This document shows, piece after piece, positions 42,614 through 53,811 of a stretch of DNA of 64,000 bases. The notes under the pieces are model-generated. The model did not search any database. It was not told the DNA's origin and saw only the letters and a list, made by a program, of their open reading frames with translations. The position numbers were made by a program, and so were the translations under genes. Numbering within the stretch: the stretch's first letter is position 1; each line of letters starts with the position of its first letter. The stretch covers positions 1-64,000 of IMG/VR virus record IMGVR_UViG_3300034073_005389, one strand, 5' to 3'.

Positions 42614-42642
42614 ATCATATATCAGCTAATTTTAGCTGTCAA
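42614..42642 (-). promoter_or_regulatory. Sigma-70-type promoter at the head of the glycosyltransferase cluster
   Basis: Minus strand TTGACA (42642-42637)-N17-TATGAT (42619-42614), 8 nt before the ATG, with no SD. Confidence 0.62.
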
Positions 42643-42648
42643 ATAAAA

Positions 42649-45600
42649 TCAAATTGGAGTAGGTGATGGTAGATATGGTACAAAATTCCAGCTATGAGCA
42701 ATAGGGGGTGAAGCTGCATATGGATTGTCATATGTCATTACCAATCTTGCCATCTTACAGATAGCCGCATCTAATCCAGGAGCGCCTGTATTTAAACTTA
42801 AATGTATTTCATATAAGAAATCACTTGCGCCAATATTTAACAAAGTCTTAATATCGTCTGAAGCTAAATATGTAGCAGCAGTATTTAAAGTAGATAATAT
42901 AGGTCCACCACCAGAAATATTAATATAAGATGCATTAGCAATGTCATACAACTGGATTTGTGCATCTAGGGCTGCATTAGTGGTTTCTAATATTACTTCT
43001 AACTTAATAGTGCTTAATCCTTGTAAAATATAATTATCAAATCTGAAGGGGAAAGCGCCAATTACTGTAGGAGAGTTATTATCATTAGAATAAATACCAG
43101 CTGTTCCATAAATATAAACAGGATTCTTATACATAAAGCTTGGATCTAATAATCCATAGCCATCTGTCTTTGGAATCTTATCTGCATCAGGAATGCCTAA
43201 CGAGAAAGGTATTACTCCAGGTAAACTAGTTATAAACTGATAGCTTAATCCGCTACCTGTGCTCATTAATACTGTTCCAAATACGCCTACGCTATTTAGT
43301 CCTGTACCGCCATGTACAATAGGAAGTATCCCAGTAATATCTGTAGCCAAATCTACAAGAGCAGAAGGACCTCCATCTACAGCCCCGCTAAACACGCTAA
43401 TTAATTTTAGCATATTTTGTAATTTAGTAGAATCTACGAATAGTGGTCGATTGTTAAATCCACCTTTTTTAAGGTAAACACTTACTTGAATTTTTGTGCT
43501 TAATGTTTTTAACACTTCATCTTGAAACAAGTTAGTAAAGTTTAGTGTTAACAAGCCTGTAGAATAATCAATTGATACACCAATTTTACCATCTACAATT
43601 GCTCCTGAATATCCATCATTGCTCAAACCATTTGTATTAGGAGAAAATGACTGTACAGCTACTGAGAATCTAATTTGATCTTTGGCTAAAGCATCTGCTT
43701 TTACAAAAGAACAGTCGGCAAATCTCATGGCAGGAAAGCCTAAACGGGTTACGCCATTATTGGTGTAATCAGCAATAAAATCATCCATAATATTGATGGT
43801 GCGTTCTGTTCCAAATAATCCATCTGGAACTTCTAGAACTAGAGTACCAACTTCAAAATCTACTTTATAAAAATTACCATCTGGTCTATGAAGTTCTCCC
43901 CCATCTCCTAGAATAATATTATCTGGAGCAAATACATCTACTCTACCAGAATTAAAATCAGGTTTACTACCATATACATTACATAGAATTCCTTGTATAT
44001 TGCATTCATTTTTAACAAATCCTGATAATGTAGTAAATACGCTAGGTACTTGTTTTGCTCTACTATTAGTGACAATTAAAGACTCGGTCCAAGTTAATTG
44101 TTTTTCAAACACTAAAGCTGATGGGCTAGTATAAAAATCATGCGAAGCAAAGTAGTATCCGTCATTCAAGAAAACATCTTGTAAAGGATGTATAGTCGTA
44201 GAGCGACCTATAGTAACAGGTGAATAATCATCTGCTCTATCTACAAATTTTTCTACTTTAATTCTTATGACGTTAAAAGGGGTACCGATTTTGGTATAAG
44301 CGTTAGTTGCTGGGGCTGGATAAGTAGTAGTTCCAGATGTAGTAAGAGGAAAACGATCAATATAGTTTTGCAACAAATAACCATCATTAGCTGTAACTGC
44401 AAAATCTCCGTCAATATCTGCTCTTAGCATCTGACCTAATACGTCGCCTGTTAAATATATTTTTCTAAGTGTTAATACATCTGTATTGGAAGTAATGCTA
44501 ATAATGTCGAATCCACCATTATTCTCAGGATTAGAAGGCGCTAAGACCACTAATTTATAAGAGCTTAAACCAATAATTGTATTAAAATTAACGGTAGCAC
44601 TAGTAAATTGAGCTAATCTAGGATTGGTAGGGCTAGCTACTAGCACGCCATCTGTACCAGAAGCTACAACCAAACTAGTAGCAGTATCTACTAATTGAAA
44701 TGAAACATTAAAAATATTGGTAAATGGCTTTATATAAGTTGTATAACCATTAGTAAATGTAGTAATGTATCCATCTGTATTAATAATTGTATTTTGTGGT
44801 AACCCTACATTTAAATTATAGTTTAAATAAGTGTTTAATAACACTAAGTCTTCATCTGTAATTAGCCCATCGCCATTTACATCTCCAACTAACATAGAGC
44901 ATAGTTTAGCATCTGCTATTCTATAGAAGATGTTTGGATCAGAGTAATTTGGATATATTTTGGCGCCATTTAAATCACCGTTAAGTAAATTTGTAACTAA
45001 GCTAGTTACAGAGTTATCAAATCTAACTACATCAGTAGGATCATCTACTATTCTGATAAGAATTTCATCTTCAGCTAATGTGGCGCTAAATAATTTAGAC
45101 ACTATTTGCGCTGAAATAGCGTCGTAATATTTTCTATTTTTATCAGAAATAGCTCCAACTAATAATGGCTCTGAAGCTGTTTCTAAATTTGCAATTTCTA
45201 AACTATTTAGCAATTTAACATCTGGCACAATTTCTTGTCTAGATAAAACAGGATTCCCTGTTCTTTGATCTGGCACAGGCGTTGTCTTATCTGTTACCGC
45301 TTGAACAACAGCACGATATACATCGTTGCCAGTAAATTGTAAATTTTGCAGACAGTAATCAATTGTAGCCTGAGAGGCTGTATCTAAAATAGTTTTAGGC
45401 AGAATCATCCCTAAACCAGAATCATAAGCTTGTCCATCTGACATTTTAGCAGCATCTGTCCAAATGCTAAACCACAAATCTTCGTCTGGTAAATCTACCC
45501 ATAATGTACCAGTAAATACTGTAATTCTAGAATCTTTTACAGTATCATTACCGCTAGTAACTAAAATATCACATTTATTTGCTGCGCCAGATCTTTTAAT

Positions 45601-46668
45601 GGTGAAAGCATAGTAATTACCGGGTACAATTACGTTTCCACCAGCTACTGTACTATTACTAAAGATAAAGTCCACTGGTTGAGGAACGCTATCTAATACA
45701 GTACCAGCGGCTTGCAAACTGCCATAGTTAACACTTAGTTGTGCTAATGGAATATTAGATGGAGGAAATTCAATTTGAAGATTAGGGGCAATGTCAGTAG
45801 GACAATTTAAATTAGACTGTAAAGGATAAATACTAATAATTAAGTCGCCAGTCCATGCTAAGTCATTTTCATACCCTACTTCTTGATTTCTAACAGATAG
45901 TAGCAAAGTAAGTTTTTGTATATTATTAGTGGTAGCTACAAACTTTTGACCAAGTTGAGTGGTCACATCATTTAAATATAATATTTTATTTTCTTTACCA
46001 GTTGTATAAATATTTAAAGAATCTACATTGTATAATGGTAAAGCGGTTTGTATTAAATTAATAACAGAGCCATAGCCATCTACATAACCATCAACAAAGA
46101 AGTCTCTAAAAAATAGATTTGGCTCTACTGTCTGAGATACCATGACAGGGTTTCTTGACAAAGTCAATGGATTGGCATCTTTAATTATAATTTGACCACC
46201 TAAATTTAAAGATAATTCTGGATTACCAATAAAATCATTAAAAAGTAATAATAATATTTTAGTAAAGTGCTTAACACTTACTTGAGATTCATTGGTTTGG
46301 AAAACAAATGTCTCATATTGTAAGTTAGATTGAAAATCTAAACCAATAACACATACTTTAACAGTTCTTTTACCTGCGGCAGCAGAACCAGTCAAAGAGA
46401 TTTCTAATTGATTTCCTAAATTATTATCTGATGGTTGATTTTGAGTAAAAATAGCAACGCCATCTAAAAATCCTGTTTGAAGCAAAGAATCAAACAAGAT
46501 TCTAGGCACTAAAGATTCAGACAATACGCCATTACCAATGTGATTATTTATAATACCAGCATTAATAGTAGTATTATATGTTTGCTCTAAAGATAGATCA
46601 GTAGCATCTACTTGCTGAGCATCAAACCAAATATTTTGTTCTGCGGAGATAGGAGTTCTTTTAGTCAT
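42649..46668 (-). CDS. Large virion structural protein (1339 aa) with two dockerin/EF-hand-like Ca-binding repeats
   Basis: GDVNGDGLITDEDLVLLNTYL and ADIDGDFAVTANDGYLLQNYI; ILP...GGTG fibre-type motif near the C-terminus; co-transcribed with baseplate genes. Confidence 0.7.
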   Translation of the reverse strand: MTKRTPISAEQNIWFDAQQVDATDLSLEQTYNTTINAGIINNHIGNGVLSESLVPRILFDSLLQTGFLDGVAIFTQNQPSDNNLGNQLEISLTGSAAAGKRTVKVCVIGLDFQSNLQYETFVFQTNESQVSVKHFTKILLLLFNDFIGNPELSLNLGGQIIIKDANPLTLSRNPVMVSQTVEPNLFFRDFFVDGYVDGYGSVINLIQTALPLYNVDSLNIYTTGKENKILYLNDVTTQLGQKFVATTNNIQKLTLLLSVRNQEVGYENDLAWTGDLIISIYPLQSNLNCPTDIAPNLQIEFPPSNIPLAQLSVNYGSLQAAGTVLDSVPQPVDFIFSNSTVAGGNVIVPGNYYAFTIKRSGAANKCDILVTSGNDTVKDSRITVFTGTLWVDLPDEDLWFSIWTDAAKMSDGQAYDSGLGMILPKTILDTASQATIDYCLQNLQFTGNDVYRAVVQAVTDKTTPVPDQRTGNPVLSRQEIVPDVKLLNSLEIANLETASEPLLVGAISDKNRKYYDAISAQIVSKLFSATLAEDEILIRIVDDPTDVVRFDNSVTSLVTNLLNGDLNGAKIYPNYSDPNIFYRIADAKLCSMLVGDVNGDGLITDEDLVLLNTYLNYNLNVGLPQNTIINTDGYITTFTNGYTTYIKPFTNIFNVSFQLVDTATSLVVASGTDGVLVASPTNPRLAQFTSATVNFNTIIGLSSYKLVVLAPSNPENNGGFDIISITSNTDVLTLRKIYLTGDVLGQMLRADIDGDFAVTANDGYLLQNYIDRFPLTTSGTTTYPAPATNAYTKIGTPFNVIRIKVEKFVDRADDYSPVTIGRSTTIHPLQDVFLNDGYYFASHDFYTSPSALVFEKQLTWTESLIVTNSRAKQVPSVFTTLSGFVKNECNIQGILCNVYGSKPDFNSGRVDVFAPDNIILGDGGELHRPDGNFYKVDFEVGTLVLEVPDGLFGTERTINIMDDFIADYTNNGVTRLGFPAMRFADCSFVKADALAKDQIRFSVAVQSFSPNTNGLSNDGYSGAIVDGKIGVSIDYSTGLLTLNFTNLFQDEVLKTLSTKIQVSVYLKKGGFNNRPLFVDSTKLQNMLKLISVFSGAVDGGPSALVDLATDITGILPIVHGGTGLNSVGVFGTVLMSTGSGLSYQFITSLPGVIPFSLGIPDADKIPKTDGYGLLDPSFMYKNPVYIYGTAGIYSNDNNSPTVIGAFPFRFDNYILQGLSTIKLEVILETTNAALDAQIQLYDIANASYINISGGGPILSTLNTAATYLASDDIKTLLNIGASDFLYEIHLSLNTGAPGLDAAICKMARLVMTYDNPYAASPPIAHSWNFVPYLPSPTPI

Positions 46669-46674
46669 AGTATT

Positions 46675-49600
46675 TCATCTAGTATACTGTATAAACACCT
46701 TACTGTTGGCTGGCTTCAGCACTTTTATTAACTTTTCTAAAGCAGCCTGGACTTGTGGGCTACTATTAACTATACCAAAGCTATCAAGAATATTAACAGT
46801 AAAATCAAAATAACCATTATTTCTGTTTTTTAATACCGAAAAGTCAGTATTTAATTTAACTAAAGTGTCAAAGTTTAATAAATAAGTAGTATACAAGTCT
46901 GGTGTTACTGGGAATGCCATTTGTAAGTTACTATTATAGTTGACATCAATAGGATCTCCATATGGAGCATAAATAGGTCTAGAAATATCACTTATTCTGA
47001 GATTATCTATTAATGAGAATATTGGGCTAGTCTGATCATATTGCGCTCCAATAAACAACTCATTAATTGGGTCTTTAAACTTTATATTTGGTAATATCTC
47101 ATATCCATCCTTAAACCCAGGGGTAGCTAAATAGATAGGAGCTTTATTCTTTTCTGTAAACAATATCCTAGAATATTGATAACCATCTAAAAATAATCTC
47201 ATTTCATCAAAGCCAGTACTGCTATTTAACTTATAACTAGCTTTAACTCTATGCCATGTATTTTTAGACCAAAAAATAGGAGCTTTTACCGTATAATTAT
47301 TTTCAGATGCAGTAATTGAAAAATTCATATACCCAAGTTTGTCTTTAAAGATAGATAGCCTATCTCCTTGTAATCCCTGAGGAATATAATTTACGATTAC
47401 TTGAGAATTTTGATTTGGTAATTTTCTATTTAACCTAATTACCTGAGTATTTATTTTTGTATTTTGATTTTCTACTGGTTTATAAGTAATTAACAATGGC
47501 AAATTAGAGGCGGGTAAAACTTTACCTAAATAAATTGTTTTTCTATCTGGACCAATTGCACCATTATTAAAATAATCAGTGTTAGTCAAATCTCCAATAA
47601 TTTGAACTTTAACTACCTGCAAAATATTTTTAGCAGTAGTAACAGAACTATTTCCAATACTTAACGCTTCTTCTTGAATTGCATTTTGAGTGTCTATTTC
47701 TACTTTGCCTCCTACAAAATAATCTATTGCAGGATCTCCATATTTTAACTTAACACTTAAGACTTGAGAAATTGGAGAATTAATTTTAATAGATACATTA
47801 TCCACACTTACAGCATCTTCTAATACCGCTCCGTATGCGTCAAAGTAATATCTTTCATTTGGATCATTACCTGTATCAAAAATAGGATTCATCCAAAATT
47901 CAACAGTACCTTCTTTTTTAGTGTCTAGAATGCCATCATTAGATAAAATGATAGGCTTATTTAATAACACAATGCTATTTCCAAAATTTTCATTTACTAC
48001 GATTGAAGACTGAAAATAATTCTTTAATTCTGAAGTATTCGTATAATAATCAGAATTATTAGTAAATGGATATGTATCAAAACTTAATAACATTAAAGTG
48101 TTAGCATCTTTTCTTAAAGGCTTTAAAGAGTTGTAATCTTTAGTTATAGATCTTTGGTTATTAGGAATTGTTTCTCCTACTCTAGTATCAGTTAACATCA
48201 CCGAGTATATTTTTACTTGATCTACTATGCCATTAAACTGATGAGTACCTTTAAAATTAGATCCTAAATACACTTGCATATTAAGTGGCGGCATTTTAAT
48301 TTTTGTATAAGTACTATACTTTAGCTCATAAAACCCACTAGATAAATAATATGCTTGGCTTGGTAATTTATTTACTTGGAAAGTAAAGAACCCATTTTGC
48401 AATCCACTTCTATAATCTGTTGTTTTTACTATCTGATAGTAGCCGTCTACAAAGTTAGGTACTGGTAAAGGTGGTGCGGCTGTACTGGGTTGTACCGTTA
48501 AAGATAAAAGGTCTGGCGATACATCCGTTATTACATAGTAACCAGCAGGGGCAATAGGATAGGTAATTATTAAATAATTATTTATATATTCTGTGCTAAA
48601 TGCATTGTAACCATCTGTTACAATATCATATCCGTCTTTGTATAAAGAAATTCCATCATTAATTATATAACTATATTTAACTACTGGGGCTAATCCGCTC
48701 AACTCAGCATAAGTCATAGAGTATTTTTCTTTAGCTTCTATAGTCAACGCTGGTTTCAAAGTATTAATTGGCTTCGCATTTACTTGAATATAATTTACAG
48801 AAAGGTATGGATTAACAAAATTAAGAGTGCCATAATCTGTAAAAGTAATTGTTTCGCTTACAGTAACAATTCCAGTTAAACCATTAATAGTTACTGTGAC
48901 TGGAGTAGAAAAATCAGTATTATTACCAGCAATAGTAACAGCTATTGTTCTGCCGCTTTGTGAATTGGTTGGCTGAGATGTTGTTAAGTTATTAGAAACA
49001 AATACATTTCCAACTAAAGTAGAGTTGGATGGACCAATTGGAACTACAGGAAGTATTATTTTTTTAATTATTGCTTCATCTAAAGAAATAGGGGCAGGTA
49101 ATCTGGTCCTAATAATATTTTCTACGTTATTTCCCCACACATAATATTTATGTGTAAAATTTCTGTAATTTAATCCCAATAATCTAACTAAAATTAAATC
49201 CTCTGCAAAAACATCATTAGAAATAGTTAAAATATTATTGTAATTAATATCTTTAGAGACAGAGTAAGATGGATCTACTGCTCGTAACCCAGGTATTTCA
49301 GTTTCTGCGGGTGCATAAACTTGAAATTGTGCATTTGTTAGCGAAATAGGCAGATTGTCCGTAATTGTAACTGTATTTCCAGATACTTGCACAATATTAT
49401 AACTAATTTCAAAATTTGGATTATTAACTCTAATTAAATAACCTGGTAATACTCCTTGATTTTGAAAATTATAAGAAGCAGAAGAAATAACATTAGAACC
49501 TACATTAGTAATAGCATCAGATCCTTTGAAAATAGGGCTAATGGTACTTACAGTAATATTAGAAGCTATATCTATTTCAGAAGTTACTGTAAACTGAGTT

Positions 49601-52600
49601 CTATTTACAGAGAATCTGCCATTTTGCAGTGTTAATGGCATATTAGCACTTAATGTTAAATTTTGTCCATTAATTGCTAAAATAGTATATCCATTAGTAT
49701 CAAATCCAAGTTCGTCTATAAAAATAGTATCACCAACAAAAATATTGTATGCACTAAAATTAATACTAGATTTAACTACGTTGCTACCACTAGTAATGAC
49801 TAAATCATTGCTACCAATAATGTCTCTATTAGCTAAACCAATTAACTCTTCTGGATCTACTGTTCTAAATTTTTCATGTAAATATGGTTTTAATTTTTGA
49901 CCATATCTAATTATATTTGGAACTTCTAATCCATCAATAAATAAATGCATTTCATCACGACTATCTGGATTATTTAATTTCCAAGATACTGCTACTTGAT
50001 GTAATTCTCCAGCTTTCCAAGAAGATACGTCTGCGCTTAATAAATACATATTACGCTCTACATCATAAACTCTAAAATTTAGATATCCGCTAATGTCTTT
50101 AAAGACAGACAATCTACCTTCTGTTTCATGCACTCCAAAATCTAATAAATAATGATCTACATCTGATACAAATGTAATACCACTATCTACTGCAATAGAA
50201 CTGCCTAAAGTAAAAGTAATGCTATTAGTACCGGTAAAAATACTTAAATTATATGGTTTAGGTATAACAATACTCTTAGAGTCATAGAATCCGCCAGTAG
50301 AAGTAATTTTAAATTTATAGGAAGAGCTTCCTGGATTAACATATCCATCTATTACTCTAACATACCATCGATTAAAATTGCCAGATACATCTTGATCGTA
50401 ATAAATATAAATTCCATCTTTATTAAAGTTAGGGAGACCAATTGCGCCAGAATTTTTATTAATTGTAAAAGTTCCGTTTACAATTTCGGGATGATATTCA
50501 GAAGCCCCAATAAATATGCCTAAATTAGAAATAGAATATCCATCATATCCATCTTTTTTAATTAAGAAAGTTAATTCTGCATCATTATCAATACCATTCC
50601 ATTGAGGAGATACCCAGGTTTCAAAAGTACCTTCTTCTAAACGAAGATTGGAAGAAGCTGGAAAAGTAATAGTTTGATCTGAACTATTAATTAATACTCC
50701 ATTAGAAAATTTTGCAGGCAATAATTGAAATGAACCTGTACTCGAAACTCCTTCTGGAAACAATAAACTAGATCCTAAGGACCAGTTTTCAAACACAGAT
50801 TCAGTAATTTTAGGATCAATATGTGATATTTTTTTACCTATGTTTTTTATAGCTTTAACTGTAGGTCCTTGAATAAAAGAACCCATAGCGGCTACTAGCG
50901 CATCACGATATCTTTCTCTATTAAATTCAATATCAAAATTAGTTAATTCAGGTATGTTAACTAAATCTCCAAAGTTTTTTAACAACGCATCTCTTAATGC
51001 GCCATATCTATAACTAACAAAATATTCAGACCCTACAGGAAGGCTTGTATTTTGCCTAAAATCTAAAACGTTATCTCCATATTCATAACTAACAATAATT
51101 TCATCAGCTAAATAAGTATAATCTACTAAATACTCTCCTTTACTATAATCTACTACCACTCTTGAAGTATCGTTTATAGTAAATGTATAAGTAATATTTA
51201 CTAATTGACCAGCTACTGGTGAATTAATATTTGGAAGTATTAATTTAACAGGATCTCCTGGAACAACAGTACCAGCATTATTCCAAAGTTGAGCAGAATC
51301 AGAGGCTCTAATTATACTAAAGTTAAAAGTAATATTTGGAGAAAAATAAGGTATATTTTCGTTAATATTTACATAAAAATTGGTCCCATCAAATTGAATT
51401 GTGTCAAATAATTGTTTTGATAATGAATTGACGCTAATATTAAAATTATTAGCTACAGCATAATTAGCAAAATTGATAGGATTAGTGCTATTTGTTAAAT
51501 CATCAAACTCAAATAAGCCCCTGACAAAAGAAACTTGCTCTGACACTCCAGGCAAAAAGCCAGCATTAACAAAAATACCGACATTTTTATTATAAAGCTG
51601 ATAGGCTGCTTGAGGATTATTATTTAAATATAATTCATCAGAATATTCTAAAGATGCAGGTATAATTGATCCATCTGCAAAAGAAGTATATGCAAATTGT
51701 TTATTTTTAATACCTAGCTGATCTATTTGATAGTAAATATCCTCAACACTAATTAAATGTGGGTATTCTGGAGAAATATTAGCATATTTATAAGTAATTG
51801 TTCCTATATTATTATCTTGAGTATTGGAGACTGCACAATATACAATACCATTTTCGTAATCAATACAGTAATCACCTATTGCTGTTAATTTTTGTATGTT
51901 ATTTTGATCTAATTCTCTGTTAAACCATTTTTCAGCTTTAAAAATATTTATTTTTGAAAAATTAACACTGGTATTTGTGCTCATGCCCTGACTATCTTCA
52001 GTAGATGAAGATAATCTATTATTAGATAATTTTAAAATAAAGACTTTGCGACCAGAAGTGTTTACTAATGAAGAATCCACAAACAACAATTCATTTTCTA
52101 TTGTTTTAAACTTAATTTTTTCTTTTGTTTTAGATTGAATATTAGGTGGATTTAAATATCTAAAATAAACACGATCTCCGTTCCAGCGGTCAATTGTATA
52201 AATTTCTCCAGAAGTCTCATTATAGATTCTAAAAATATTTGTAACTGGAGAGTTTTTCACTCTAAGTGAATTGAGAGCCAATAATCTGTTCTCAATACGC
52301 TCTTGCATATTTTCTTTGTGAACATTAGCCACATAATCTATGTTAGGAACTAATACTTGCTCATACTTAAATTCAATAGTGCCTGAATTTTCAAGCAAGT
52401 TACCTAATGGTAATGCCACTAGATCTCTAGTAGTGTCATCATAAGCATAATCTTGCTCTAATTTATAAAAAAACTTATAATTATAAGTAGCTAATGGGGG
52501 ATAAGGACCAGTACCATCATTATTAAGATCAGATCCATACACATATACTGTTCCTGTAGGGTAATCAATAGCATATTGCCCAGGAATAGAAGGTAATCCA

Positions 52601-53811
52601 TTTAATCTAAATGGTATCTCAGTAATAAATGCAGGGTGTTTAGCATTTGGAATATTTGTATTAGGATCAGTAAAAGTAACTCCTCCCAAAGTTGCCGGGG
52701 CAGCATTAGATGTTACAATAGGAGCATATTTTAAATTAAAAATATTTATAATTGGAGGTAATACCTCTCTAATAGATTTGCGAACAGTATAAACAGATAG
52801 GCTATTAGAGTCTACAATAACGCCTTCATTTTTATATTCGTAGTTTACATCTACTTTTATTATTTTATCTAAAGCAAATAATGGATCTGATAATATTTCA
52901 CTGTTTAGTTTAATTTGATTATTAGCTAATAAAGCATAACTAAACCCATATTCTTGATCATATCTAGAATCTAATATTTGATATCCTAGTTTTTGAATAT
53001 CATAAACAAAAATTGGATTATTAGTGTTTAATGTAAATGTTACGCTTTTTAACTTAGTTACAGGAAAGCTAGTTAAATTTAATATTAAATCATTTATATT
53101 AAATTTACCAACTTCATTTACTGAGTCTGAAGTAAGAGATTGAAATGCAGATTCTTGTTGTAAAGTAATTGGATAATAAGGAGTCTCATCATAAGAAAAC
53201 TTTTTGGTTACTGCAAAACCAGTACGAGTTCTTCCTACTCTAAATACATCATAAGCCCCTTCTTCTAAGAGACGATCAAAAGCGCCTTCGCCTCTAATTT
53301 TCTTTTCATCAATAACATCTAAAGATAAATAATTTTCATTACCTAATTGTCTTATGTCGTACAAAGCCCTAGATAAATTTTCAGATAAAGAACGTATATA
53401 AACAGAAATTAAAGAGTTAGTATTTTCTAAATTATAGACTCCATCTTTTAAGAAATTATTTAAATATAACTGTACAGGATTATCAGGGTCTACTGGACCA
53501 ATTATAAAATATTTGTTAGCAACATCATCTTCAATAATTTTAGCAAATCCATTTACTGAAGTAAATGGATGTCCAGTTACAGATTTAAAATAAACAAAAT
53601 ATCCAGCCAAATCAGTTAATGGTTGACATTCAATATTTAAAATATTTTTTCTAACATTAATAGATATTACTTTAGGATCTGGTACATTAGGAGTTTCAGA
53701 TTTAATCTCTACGTTAGAAGTGACCAAGTTATTAGTCAAAGACTCGGAAAAAGTAGCCTCTATAGTAGTACTACTTGTAGTTTTAACATTAGATATTCTT
53801 AAGTTTTGCAT
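46675..53811 (-). CDS. Giant baseplate wedge protein (P2 gpI / T4 gp7-like) with LamG domains, 2378 aa
   Basis: RERYRDAL.....GPTVKAI and C-terminal LIKVLKPANSKVFIQY resemble gpI-type wedge motifs; LamG-like EGT.E.W, W....H.VA.SW, LF.DG, IDNLRIS. Confidence 0.65.
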   Translation of the reverse strand: MQNLRISNVKTTSSTTIEATFSESLTNNLVTSNVEIKSETPNVPDPKVISINVRKNILNIECQPLTDLAGYFVYFKSVTGHPFTSVNGFAKIIEDDVANKYFIIGPVDPDNPVQLYLNNFLKDGVYNLENTNSLISVYIRSLSENLSRALYDIRQLGNENYLSLDVIDEKKIRGEGAFDRLLEEGAYDVFRVGRTRTGFAVTKKFSYDETPYYPITLQQESAFQSLTSDSVNEVGKFNINDLILNLTSFPVTKLKSVTFTLNTNNPIFVYDIQKLGYQILDSRYDQEYGFSYALLANNQIKLNSEILSDPLFALDKIIKVDVNYEYKNEGVIVDSNSLSVYTVRKSIREVLPPIINIFNLKYAPIVTSNAAPATLGGVTFTDPNTNIPNAKHPAFITEIPFRLNGLPSIPGQYAIDYPTGTVYVYGSDLNNDGTGPYPPLATYNYKFFYKLEQDYAYDDTTRDLVALPLGNLLENSGTIEFKYEQVLVPNIDYVANVHKENMQERIENRLLALNSLRVKNSPVTNIFRIYNETSGEIYTIDRWNGDRVYFRYLNPPNIQSKTKEKIKFKTIENELLFVDSSLVNTSGRKVFILKLSNNRLSSSTEDSQGMSTNTSVNFSKINIFKAEKWFNRELDQNNIQKLTAIGDYCIDYENGIVYCAVSNTQDNNIGTITYKYANISPEYPHLISVEDIYYQIDQLGIKNKQFAYTSFADGSIIPASLEYSDELYLNNNPQAAYQLYNKNVGIFVNAGFLPGVSEQVSFVRGLFEFDDLTNSTNPINFANYAVANNFNISVNSLSKQLFDTIQFDGTNFYVNINENIPYFSPNITFNFSIIRASDSAQLWNNAGTVVPGDPVKLILPNINSPVAGQLVNITYTFTINDTSRVVVDYSKGEYLVDYTYLADEIIVSYEYGDNVLDFRQNTSLPVGSEYFVSYRYGALRDALLKNFGDLVNIPELTNFDIEFNRERYRDALVAAMGSFIQGPTVKAIKNIGKKISHIDPKITESVFENWSLGSSLLFPEGVSSTGSFQLLPAKFSNGVLINSSDQTITFPASSNLRLEEGTFETWVSPQWNGIDNDAELTFLIKKDGYDGYSISNLGIFIGASEYHPEIVNGTFTINKNSGAIGLPNFNKDGIYIYYDQDVSGNFNRWYVRVIDGYVNPGSSSYKFKITSTGGFYDSKSIVIPKPYNLSIFTGTNSITFTLGSSIAVDSGITFVSDVDHYLLDFGVHETEGRLSVFKDISGYLNFRVYDVERNMYLLSADVSSWKAGELHQVAVSWKLNNPDSRDEMHLFIDGLEVPNIIRYGQKLKPYLHEKFRTVDPEELIGLANRDIIGSNDLVITSGSNVVKSSINFSAYNIFVGDTIFIDELGFDTNGYTILAINGQNLTLSANMPLTLQNGRFSVNRTQFTVTSEIDIASNITVSTISPIFKGSDAITNVGSNVISSASYNFQNQGVLPGYLIRVNNPNFEISYNIVQVSGNTVTITDNLPISLTNAQFQVYAPAETEIPGLRAVDPSYSVSKDINYNNILTISNDVFAEDLILVRLLGLNYRNFTHKYYVWGNNVENIIRTRLPAPISLDEAIIKKIILPVVPIGPSNSTLVGNVFVSNNLTTSQPTNSQSGRTIAVTIAGNNTDFSTPVTVTINGLTGIVTVSETITFTDYGTLNFVNPYLSVNYIQVNAKPINTLKPALTIEAKEKYSMTYAELSGLAPVVKYSYIINDGISLYKDGYDIVTDGYNAFSTEYINNYLIITYPIAPAGYYVITDVSPDLLSLTVQPSTAAPPLPVPNFVDGYYQIVKTTDYRSGLQNGFFTFQVNKLPSQAYYLSSGFYELKYSTYTKIKMPPLNMQVYLGSNFKGTHQFNGIVDQVKIYSVMLTDTRVGETIPNNQRSITKDYNSLKPLRKDANTLMLLSFDTYPFTNNSDYYTNTSELKNYFQSSIVVNENFGNSIVLLNKPIILSNDGILDTKKEGTVEFWMNPIFDTGNDPNERYYFDAYGAVLEDAVSVDNVSIKINSPISQVLSVKLKYGDPAIDYFVGGKVEIDTQNAIQEEALSIGNSSVTTAKNILQVVKVQIIGDLTNTDYFNNGAIGPDRKTIYLGKVLPASNLPLLITYKPVENQNTKINTQVIRLNRKLPNQNSQVIVNYIPQGLQGDRLSIFKDKLGYMNFSITASENNYTVKAPIFWSKNTWHRVKASYKLNSSTGFDEMRLFLDGYQYSRILFTEKNKAPIYLATPGFKDGYEILPNIKFKDPINELFIGAQYDQTSPIFSLIDNLRISDISRPIYAPYGDPIDVNYNSNLQMAFPVTPDLYTTYLLNFDTLVKLNTDFSVLKNRNNGYFDFTVNILDSFGIVNSSPQVQAALEKLIKVLKPANSKVFIQYTR

